Assembly: GCF_964194155.1 (NCBI RefSeq)
Contig: NC_135890.1
Location: forward strand, 17,918,001 to 17,982,000
Length of the DNA stretch: 64,000 nucleotides
Reading direction: 5' to 3'
Source of the DNA: Cetorhinus maximus
Lineage: Eukaryota
Within the stretch, counting starts at the first letter, position 1. Each line of letters opens with the position of its first letter. This document shows, in pieces, positions 1-18,600 of this stretch. The position numbers and the translations under genes are program-made. The notes beneath the pieces were generated by a model, which searched no databases, had not been told where the DNA came from, and saw only the letters and a program-made list of their open reading frames with translations.

Positions 1-834
1 ACCTGCCCCAGAAAGCCACTGGTGCAGCGTTTAAAAAGGAGACACATTTAGGAAATATACAAGATATGAAGAAAAATCAGGGAACTGGTATGAAAGAATG
101 AAAGCAGTGAATGGCAACAAAATGGTAGAGCAAACCCTCCGTTATCAAGTGCAAGTGGTCCTCTACTCTTTCCATGTTCAATGACACAAGAAGATAATTT
201 TTATCACCAGGAACTACTTTTAATTCTTCACTGAGTGCAGGGCTCAGGGAAGGAGGACTCCTTGTGAATTCACTGATTATATCCAGGTCTGCAACAGTAG
301 CTAGAAACTATGTACTTCTAATAAATTACTGCATGCGTTGATAGAAGTAGACAGAAGTTAAATGTTAGGACGTTAATAAGGAAAGACAGCGAATTAGGGT
401 AAATGCACCACAAATCTGTTGCCTTCTGGATGAAATCATTGACGCCATTGTTCCATAGGAGCAGAAATCAGAACAGCATTAAAACGTTGGGGGACAGAGG
501 ACAGTGATCATCATGCAGAGGGGGAATACTGAATCAGGTCATGAGTTATTTCTTGTATCCTGTGCAGGTGTTCTAGGGGGTTTGTAGAAGAGCCTGATTA
601 CACTTTCCTCTGCTTTTGTTCTTTTCCAGGCTGTTGCTTCCTCAGCCCTACAATCTCTTCTCCACATCAGGAATGCAGCCTGCTCACAAGCATTGGGAAG
701 CTGCCCAAGTCTTGACATTCCAATTTCCCTATCAGCGCTCAAAACAGCAGAAACAGGAAGAGGAACCTTTAACCAAGGTTGGTGGGGGGTGATTGAAATT
801 TTGTCCCCCGCCCCAGATGAGGCACAATTTTTAA

Positions 835-1460
835 AAATTCATTCATGGGATGTGGGCGATGCTGACTCAGCCAGCATTTGTTTCCTATCCCTAATTGCCC
901 TCGAGAAGGTGGTGGTGAGCTGGCTTCTTGAACGGTTGCAGTCCATGTGATGTAGGTACACTCACAATGCTGTTAGGGAGGGAGTTCCAGGATTTTGACC
1001 CAGCAACAGTGAAGGAACAGCAATATATTTCCAAGCCAGAATGGTGAGTGGCTTGGAGGGGGACTTACAAGGTGGTGGTGTTCCCATGCTGCCCTTGTCC
1101 TTCTAGATGGTAGTGTTCATGGGTTTGGAAGGTGCTGTCTAAGGAGGCTTGGTGAGTTTCCATAGTGCATCTTGGAGATGGTACACATTGATGCCACTGT
1201 GGGTTGGTGGTGGAGGAGTGAATGTTTGTGGATGGGGTGCCAATTAAGCAGGTTGCTTTGTCCTGGATGGTGTCAAGCTTCCTGAGTGTTGTTGGAGCTG
1301 TCCGCATCCAGGCAAATGGGAAGTATTCCATCACACTCCTGACTTATGCTTTGTAGATGGTGGATGGGCTTTGGGGAGTCAGGAGGTGAGTTACTCGCCA
1401 CAAAATGTGGCCTGCTCTTGTAGCCACAGTATTTATATGGCTAGTCCAGTTCAGTTTCCA
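835..1460 (-). mobile_element. CR1-clade LINE 3' fragment (family A)
   Basis: RT C-terminal peptide MEYFPFAWM..PTTLRKLDTIQDKA and a conserved 3' tail repeated across the window. Confidence 0.85.
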
Positions 1461-2168
1461 GTATATACTGTATATTGTATACACTGTAGATCCAGTTACA
1501 GTTACCACCAACACCATCTGTGCTCATCATAGGTGTTGCCTGTATAGGGTAAATGGCATTAACCATTGGCCATCACTGCCAGCCCCAGAGGCAATCACAA
1601 AGTTGCCACTGTAACTTAGATAGGTTGCCAGCTATTTCAGGTAAAGTACTGACCAATTTCAAAGGCTCTGCTGATTTCAGGCAAAGCTAGTTCTTCAACT
1701 GGTTTCAATCAGTTGTTTACACCTGGTTAAACTGAAATTACCTTTGTGATGTGAATTCTGGGCTCAATGGTAGCCTGAGAGGCTATTGCTAAGGAGATTT
1801 TCTGTGCTTTATAAATATAAACAGAAGTTGGTTACTTTGCTTTTTTGGTTTTACCATCATGTATAGCAACAAATCTCATTTACACCCACTATAGGTGGTG
1901 GGGACTATATTAGACTACAGGTTGCACTTGCTCAGACCCCTACCCATGCTCATTATGTCATTGTTGAACTAGACTTCTTTAAGAAGTAGCTTGGTGCTGT
2001 GCTGGGAGCATGGTGGAGTTGGTGTGGCGGACAGGATGAATTGTGCCAAACTAGATTAAGGATCTTGTCACTTAAAACTTAATGGGATTGCTGCTAAGGC
2101 CTAACAAGAACAGCAGGCTCCCAACGAGTGAACCACAGAATAGCAGGGTGCTGTGAATGGTTACTTAC

Positions 2169-10863
<8,695 letters not shown>

Positions 10864-11169
10864 TCATTGATTTTCAATAAAGGATAAACTGGAGAAGTGA
10901 AGACTTCCATAACATGGACAAGCAACATAAAGGCACGTGTGTGTGTGGGAATTGTGCCTAGTACAGGACTCCAGTCCCTGAGCACCTGATAGCCCAATGC
11001 CCCAAGCATCTCTTCACCCTGCAGACCCCTCCCTTCCCTTCCCCACCCCATCTCTCTCTCCTCCCCCTCTCTTCTCTCGCCTCCCCTCCCTCTCTCCTCC
11101 ACTCCCTTCTCTCCCTCTCCTTCTCTCCCCTCCCTTCTCTCCCCTCACCCCTCTCACTCACTCACTGAC

Positions 11170-11460
11170 CGTTCTTCCAGTACTCGCTCTACCGCGCCGG
11201 AAAAGGAATGACATATTTCCGCTCAAAAACGTCAAACCTGACGTCTGCCAAAACGTTTTGAACAGGCCCGGGAGATTTAACACGTGACCAACAGGACACG
11301 CCCACTGCCCATAGGACGCGCCCACTTCCCGCGGGATACGCCCCCTGACTCACAGGACACGCCCACGGCACACGGGACACGCCCACGACTCGCAGGACAC
11401 GCCCCCTGCCGACAGAACCAGCCCCCCCCCCCCCCCCCCCCCGAGTCACCGGACACATCC
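11170..11460 (-). promoter_or_regulatory. TMEM209: TMEM209 CpG-rich promoter and probable non-coding first exon (donor after 11170)
   Basis: Densest CpG cluster nearby. Minus-strand donor gaacg|gtcagt. Motifs on the plus strand: CACGTGAC E-box (11281), TTCCCGC E2F-like (11326), TTTGAA CHR-like (11257), CCGGAA ETS core, repeated CACGCCC boxes. Confidence 0.7.
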
Positions 11461-11622
11461 CCTTGAGCCTGGGTCAATCCCCCCCACACTGTGGCCATCC
11501 ACCTACTGACTGGATCGCACATGAAGAAAAAAGCAAAATACTGCGGATGCTGGAAATCGAGAACAAAAGCAAAAATACCTGGAAAAACTCAGCAGGTCTG
11601 ACAGCATCTGTGGAGAGGGATA

Positions 11623-11663
11623 CAGTTAACGTTTCGAGTCCATATGACTCTTCAACAGAACTA
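11623..11663 (-). ncRNA. Minimal hammerhead-like motif (CUGUUGA variant)
   Basis: Minus strand: tagtt-CTGTTGA-a-GAGTC(atatg)GACTC-GAAAC-GTT-aactg. Confidence 0.55.
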
Positions 11664-12025
11664 AGGAAAAATAGAAATGAGATGAAATATAAGCTGGTTT
11701 AAGGAGGGGTGGGACAGGTAGAGCTGGATAGAGGGCCAGTGATAGGTGGAGATAACCAAAAGATGTCATAGACAAAAGGGCAAAGAGGTGTTGATGGTGG
11801 TGATATTAGCTAAGAAATGTGTTAATGGGATATTAAGGGTCTTTCTACCCTATTAGCACATTCCTCAGATAATATCACCACCATCAACACCTCTTTGCCC
11901 TTTTGTCTATGACATCTTTTGGCAATCTCCACCTATCACTGGCCCTCTATCCAGCTCTACCTGTCCTCCCCCCCCCACCCCCGCTCTTAAACCAGCCTAT
12001 ATTTCACCTCTTTTCTATTTTTCCT

Positions 12026-12066
12026 TAGTTCTGATGAAGAGTCATTCGGACTCGAAACATTAACTG
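12026..12066 (+). ncRNA. Minimal hammerhead-ribozyme motif in Penelope pLTR
   Basis: tagtt-CTGATGA-a-GAGTC(attcg)GACTC-GAAAC-att-aactg: intact core, helix II, and helix I (tagtt/aactg); helix III damaged (ACGT to ACAT). Confidence 0.65.
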
Positions 12067-12494
12067 TATTCCTCTCCGCAGATGCTGTCAGACCTGTTGA
12101 GTTTTTCCAGGTATTTTTGTTTTTGTCACACATGAAGAAACCGGGCTGGAAGCACCCACTTCATTATTAGGTGATTATTTAACCTCCAGCGCATATGGTA
12201 AATGTTTTAGAAAATACTATTTTGTTTGACCAATTTATTTTTTTCCCAATGGGAAAGTGAAACAAAATACTGGATCTTAAGCTATAGACAAAACATCCCT
12301 TATTGGCAAATTGGTAAAATAAGAAGTGCTCAGGCACTTATTTATCTTCAAGGAACATATAAAGGATAGTTAATAGAAAAAATGCAATTATAAAGCACCT
12401 TTCATGTTCTCAGGACATCCCACAGTTCCAGCAAACAACATCTACTCACCAATAACTTGCTAATCAGCATTCAGTCCAATGCCCAGGCACTGAT

Positions 12495-14160
12495 AAGAAC
12501 ATAAAAAATAGGACCAGTTGCATACCCTTGAGCCTGCTCTGCCATTCAATATGATGGATGGCTGATCTTGGGCTTCAATTCCACTTTATTCTCTGCTCTC
12601 CATATCCCTCAATTCCCTGAGAGGCCAAAAATCTATCTCAGCCTTAAATATGACACATCCAAAACCCTCTGGGGTACAGAATTCCAATGATTCACAACCT
12701 TCTGCGTGAAGTTAGTTCTCAGTCCTAAATGATTGGCCCCTTATCCTGAGACTGTGCCTCTGTGTTTTGGAAGCCCTAGCCATGGAAACAACTTCTCAGT
12801 ATCTACCCTGCCAATCCCTTTCATAATCTTGAATGCTTCAATGAGATCACCTCTCATTCTTCTAAACTCCAGAGAATATAGACCTAATTTACTCAGCCTC
12901 TCATCATAGGACAACCCTCTCATTGCAGGGGCCAATCTAGTGAACCTTTGCTGTACCGCCTCCAATGCAATAATAAGTCATTAATATAAATGATAAATAG
13001 CTGAGGCCCCAGCGCTGATCCTTGTGTCACTCCACTAGTCACAGTCTGCCAACTTGAAAATGCCCCATTTATCCCTCCTCACTGTTTCCTGTCATTTAAC
13101 CAATCCTCTGTCCATGCTAACGTATCATCCCCAATCTATGAGCCCTGGGGGAGAATCTTTGCCCTTGTTGGGAAGGCTCGGCAGGGGTGGGTGGGGCCAG
13201 TTGGGAAAGCCAACCACCGCCTGCGATTTGGGCTGCACCGCGATTTCACACTAGCGGGCCAATTAAGGCCCACCCAGCTTGAAACGTGAGCTTCAGGCAA
13301 TCAGCGCTGCCTGTGCGGGGGTGGGGGAGGAGAGTGAGCGGGACAAGCGTGAACTTCGCGCATGCATGCGAGTGCATGCTCGAAAATCTCCCTGAGGCAC
13401 AGAGCTGCCTCAGGGAGATGAAGAATTTTCAAAAAAACAAAATAAAGATTTGAAAAATGTTATAAAACATATCCCCTTAAGTGAGTCTGTCACATGAGTA
13501 GGGATATGTTATAAATGAAATTTAAAACATTTTATTTCATTTTTATTTGACATTGGAAACCTCATCCTGCCTGCAAAGGCCGCTTGGTCTTTTCGCCTGC
13601 CCGCCAACCATAAGATTCGATGGGCACTGAAAAATTTAAGTTAATTGATACTTTAATGGCCTTAATAGGCCTTTTAATTGTCAGTGGGCGCGCTGCCGAT
13701 TCCCACGCGTGCCTGCTGACCGAACTATTGCACAACTGTGCGTTGGTGTTGGGACACTCGCCTGATGTCAACATGCATCATTTCACACTCGAGCGGGTCA
13801 GGCTTGTGCTCGCCCACCGAGGTGAAAATTCTGCCCCTTATCTTGAGTATTGACCTTTTGTGTGGCACCTTATTGAATGTCTTTGGAAATCCATGTATAC
13901 TATATCTACTGGTTCCCCTTTATCTACTCTACTAGTTAAATGCTCAAAAAACTCTAATAAATTTATCAGCCAGGATTTCCCTTTCATAAAACCATGTTCA
14001 CTTGTTCCAATTATACTATGTTTTGCTAAGTGCATTGTTAAGACTTCCTTAATAATTGATTCTAGCACTTTCCTGATGACTGATGTTAGGCTAACTGGCC
14101 TATAGTTCTCTGTTTTCTCTCTTCCCTCCTTTCTTGAATAGCAGTGTTACATTTTCTAAC
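12495..14160 (-). mobile_element. CR1 LINE fragments (family B), interrupted by a MITE
   Basis: [38 protein letters not shown]; HGFMKGKSWLINLLEFFE..VDIVYMDF. Confidence 0.85.
13148..13836. mobile_element. MITE (PIF/Harbinger-like ends) nested in a CR1
   Basis: Ends GGGGAGAATCTT ... AAAATTCTGCCC form an imperfect TIR; CpG-rich subterminal arms; CR1 sequence resumes on both sides. Confidence 0.7.
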
Positions 14161-15430
14161 CAATTAGATTAACCACCTAAGGGAGATTTGACCATGTACA
14201 CCACCAATAGCCCTTAGAAAAATGAGGTTAATGGAGGTTAAGAGATAAACCCTCATGTGGCAAGGGTCAAACATGACAACAGAGGAAGGTGACCATGGTT
14301 GTCCAGGGTTAACCATAGGAACATGGTGAACATGAGGAAGCCATTCAGCTATTTTGAGTCTGTCCTGCCATTCAGTTCAATCAAAGATCAGTACCTCAAC
14401 TCCATTTATCAATCTTTGTTCCATATTCATTTGATGCATTTACCTAACAAAAATCTACCAATCTCAGCTTGAAAAATTTTAGTTTACCTAAAACACACAG
14501 CTTTTGGGGGAGGAGTGCCAAATTATTAGCCTTGTGATCACTTTGCACACCAGTGCATTAGATTCTAGTGATTAGTGTACATGGACACATACATTAATCT
14601 GATCCTCCATGGCTCCGAGTGTCTCACATCAAGAAAATCTTGCAATTTGTCTTTCTTGGATCCAAAATGAATGACCCCACAATGTTCATCCTGAACTCTA
14701 TCTGCTGCAGTTTTGCACATCACTTAGCCTGTCTATGCTCCTTTGTAACTTCCTGCTGCCATCTACATAACTACTACTGGTTGGAATACAAGAATAAGGA
14801 AGTGAAGCATCAGTTGTACAGAGCCTTAGTCAGACCCCGTCTGGAGTAATAGCATTTAGTTTTGGGCGCCGCACATCAGGAAGGATAAATTGGATTTGGA
14901 GGGAGTGCGGTGCAAATACACCAGAATGATCCTGGGGCTTGAAAGGGTTAAATTATAAGGACAGCATAAGCTTGATTTATATATTATAGAGTATAGCAGT
15001 TTGAGGGGTCATCTCATCGAGTTGTTTCAAATGATAAAAGAATTCTGTGGAGCAGATACTGAGAAACTATTTCCTCTGCTCCCCCAACAAGTGCCCTAGA
15101 TGAGGTTAGGTAACTCAACGTAGAACAGGCTTTGAAACTTTGTCCCCCCTGATAATGAAAGGGTCAGGAACATGCCAACTCACAAAACCATCTGTACATT
15201 TCCTCCCACTGCCACCGCTTCTAACCCCAAAAGTAAGTTTTATAAAGAATCACAAAGAGCAACAGCATTGAGTGATTTGGTTGAATTGGAAGTCACCAAT
15301 GCACAGTTTTTCCATTCTTGAATTTGTTTGCACATTGTCGAGTTATGAAGAGGTACACATTTTTATTCACAGGTATAAGGGGTTTGTTGGAAAAACAAAC
15401 AAGGTTTTGATATGAACGGCTTCAACTTGT

Positions 15431-15519
15431 GTGGGAATTATTCCACCTTTGTACAGATTAATGTTGGTCATTAATCTTTGGTCCGAGTCACTGCCTTGGC
15501 ATCTCTCACCCTTTAAATA
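15431..15519 (+). promoter_or_regulatory. Putative CPA proximal promoter (TATA-like box, RBPJ-type site)
   Basis: TTTAAATA at 15512-15519, about 40 bp before the ATG; GTGGGAA at 15431-15437. Confidence 0.4.
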
Positions 15520-15556
15520 TGGCCCAACGCATTGTATCTTTCCACAAAGCTTCACC

Positions 15557-15621
15557 ATGAGAACACTTCTGATTTTCTTGGCTCTGCTGGTGGCCGTTTA
15601 TGCTCAGAGAGGTTTCGAGGG
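15557..15621 (+). CDS. CPA2: CPA exon 1 (signal peptide)
   Basis: caccATG; [22 protein letters not shown]; donor gtgagt. Confidence 0.92.
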
Positions 15622-18600
15622 GTGAGTTGCAGTCTTGTAGCCAGGTTCCTCAATGTTATTATTCCAATCAGACACAAGGGTGGTAGGCCTTTACAAGGAC
15701 CTCTTGGTTTGGAATCTGAGTTTGGAATCAGAAAGTTCCCAGGTTCAATCCTTGCCATTTGTTGAGTTTGCTGATGCATAATGGAGGGGTTGTGACTGTT
15801 GATCTCTGTGGCCCTGAGCTCAGAATTGGGGTGGGGAAGGGGAAACTCACCCAGGCATCCTCCATCTAAAAGATGTGTGTGCGTGTGAAGAGAATTAGGT
15901 TTGGTTGTGACGTCTCTCTTGCCAAAATAGCCAGCCAACACTAATGGCCGAGATTCCCACATGGATCAACTAGATGAGATGTTCTCATCCAAACCTTGGA
16001 GAGTAAATGGGAAAGAGTTGCTCTTTTGATGGCTACTCATAAGCTTGTGGTGTGCTAACGCACCCCTGATTAGTACCAAAGTGGTTGCACCATTGGTGCC
16101 AAGGATAAACATACTGAGAGTAATCAAGTGTTCTGTTCAATTCCAGAGTGTTGGCTGTGATATAGTTGCTGATGTTTAAGGAGCAGCACTGTTAGTGACT
16201 GAACTAGAAAGCTTCACTAATCCATAGCAAATCAAACCTTGACCTGGAACCTAATAGAGACTAAAGATGGAGAAATGAGTGATGCAGTGATTAGTATGCT
16301 GAACTTACACCTTCGCTATCTAAGTTCAAACATTGTCCAAAGTGATGGGGTGAAGATCGCATCTGGCTCCCTCCTCTAGCGGTTGCCTACAAAATGACTG
16401 GGAAAGTCTTTACTCCAATTCCTCATGGGTGAGGACCAACAAGGCAACTCAGTCCACAAGTTGGCACTGAATTGGCAATCAAGGAAACTGGGTACGGAAA
16501 GTGGAGAATTGTCATCTTAGGGTAGTTGTGAGTGCCCCTCTCAGGATGGGTCTGAGGCTCATGGCTGGGGCTGAGTAGAGAGAGCTGTGTAGTGATCATC
16601 TGACCATTTTGTAACTGAGCCTATCAAGTTGGGGGGGATCAGCAAATTAAAGCCCTGGAAGGTCAGAAGGAAGAGACGACTTTGGGCTGTAACAAAGACC
16701 ACTGGGAATGCTGCTGGGTGCTCCCATGGAGTCCCCGAAATATCTGCAAGGATTAGAGCTTCATCTACTGGATGGTTCTGAATTGTAGCCAGGCTTTTCT
16801 GAGTGTCAGTTTTCAATTTAAGAATATGGATGGCAACGGTCTGAAGATTTTCCTGCAAATGCACCGATTGCCTGAAACAATGTCACTTATTTAATGGTGA
16901 CTGGTCGTCTCTGGTCTCCTGACTATCTGCTCCTACACCCCTTCCATTTCACATCTCTTCTCACATAGTGATAACATCTGCAAGACTTCACACCTGACCT
17001 CATACTTCTTGCAATTACTGCAGAATTAGTCTTTCATCTCAGTGATCCTGGGATTTAAACCCACCCTTTGTAATAACCATATGCTAAAGGACTGATCCTT
17101 GGGTTTACACCTGGTCCCTTGTTAAATAATCACTAAAGGACCAAAGCTGTGGTTTACGCCCCGATCTCTTGTATTAACTTTACATTTAAAGACTGATCCT
17201 GGGATTCACACTTCATCCCTAGTATTAATCTTACACTAAACGTGCCCCCACTGTAAAGACTCTCTTAAGGAATGACCTGGGAACCATGAAACCAGACCTT
17301 AATAGGAGTTAGCTCTTTGAAAGCATGCAGGAGGGACAGAAGGGAGAAATAAATAATTGCTAAAATATATTTTATATATATGGTGGATCATCCTCCGCTA
17401 TTTCCGCCAACTCCAGCATGATGCCACCACCAAACACATCTTCCCTTCACCCCCCCGCCCCCGGCGGCATTCCGCAGGGATCGTTCCCTCTGGGACACCC
17501 TGGTCTACTCCTCCATCACCCCCTACACCTCAACCCCCTCCCACGGCACCTTCCCATGCAACCGCAGAAGGTGCAACACCTGCCCCTTTACTTCCACTCT
17601 CCTCACCGTCCAAGGGCCCAAACACTCCTTTCAAATGAAGCAACATTTCACTTGCACTTCCCTCAATTTAGTCTACTGCATTCATTGCTCCCAATGCGGT
17701 TTCCTCTACATTGGAGAGACCAAACGCAGACTGGGTGACCGCTTTGCAGAACATCTTCGGTCTGTCTGCAAGCATTACCCAGACTTCCCTATTGCTTGCC
17801 ATTTCAACACACCACCCTGCTCTCATGCCCACATGTCCGTCCTTGGCCTGCTGCAATGTTCCAGTGAAGCTCAACGCAAACTGGAGGAACAGCACCTCAT
17901 CTTCCTACGGCACTTTACAGCCTTCCGGACTGAATATTGAGTTCAACAATTTTAGATCATGAATTCTCTCCTCCATCCCCACCCCCTTTCCGATCCCCCT
18001 CTTTTCTTTTCCAATAATTTATATAGATTTTTCTTTTCCCAGCTATTTCCATTATTTTTAAATGTATTTCCTTTCCATTGTTTTATCTCTATCTTTTAGC
18101 CTTTTTTGATTCCTTCACCCCACCTCACCCCCACTAGGGCTATCTGTACCTTGCTTGTCCTGCTTTCTACCCTTAATTATCACATTCCTTAGATAATATC
18201 ACCACCTTCAACACCTCTTTGTCCTTTTGTCTGTGACATCTTTTGGTTATCTCCACCTATCACTGGCCCTCTATCCAGCTCTACCTGTCCCACCCACCCT
18301 TAAACCAGCTTATATTTCACCTCTCTTCTATTTTTACTTAGTTCTGTTGAAGGGTCATTCAGACTCGAAACGTTAACTGTGTTCCTCTCCGCAGATGCTG
18401 CCAGACCTGCTGAGTTTTTCCAGGTATTTTTGTTTTTGTTTTGTGCTAAAATATATTTGTTCACTTTGGTTGTTCTCCAAAGCTGTGATGCATTCCGCAG
18501 ATCAAAACGATCCCAGAAGTTCTCTCATAGCTTCACAAAGTATCTTTCAACATCTCTTTTCTCATGAGGTACCTGTGCTATATCAACTCAGGGGCAAACT

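Larger units (their letters stand above)
11530..12125. mobile_element. Penelope-derived element made of two inverted pseudo-LTR copies
   Basis: About 11555-11839 is the reverse complement of about 11841-12125, and both match 18160-18440. TSD TC(G/A)CACATGAAGAAA at 11515-11529 and 12126-12140. Confidence 0.88.

Noticed and set aside
11170-11172. ACG as a non-AUG start for TMEM209
   Set aside because: After splicing (ACG|AA ATG) it is out of frame with the ATG at 10833
12140-15430. Possible SSMEM1 ortholog
   Set aside because: The interval is mostly CR1 and MITE sequence, and I recognised no matching peptide
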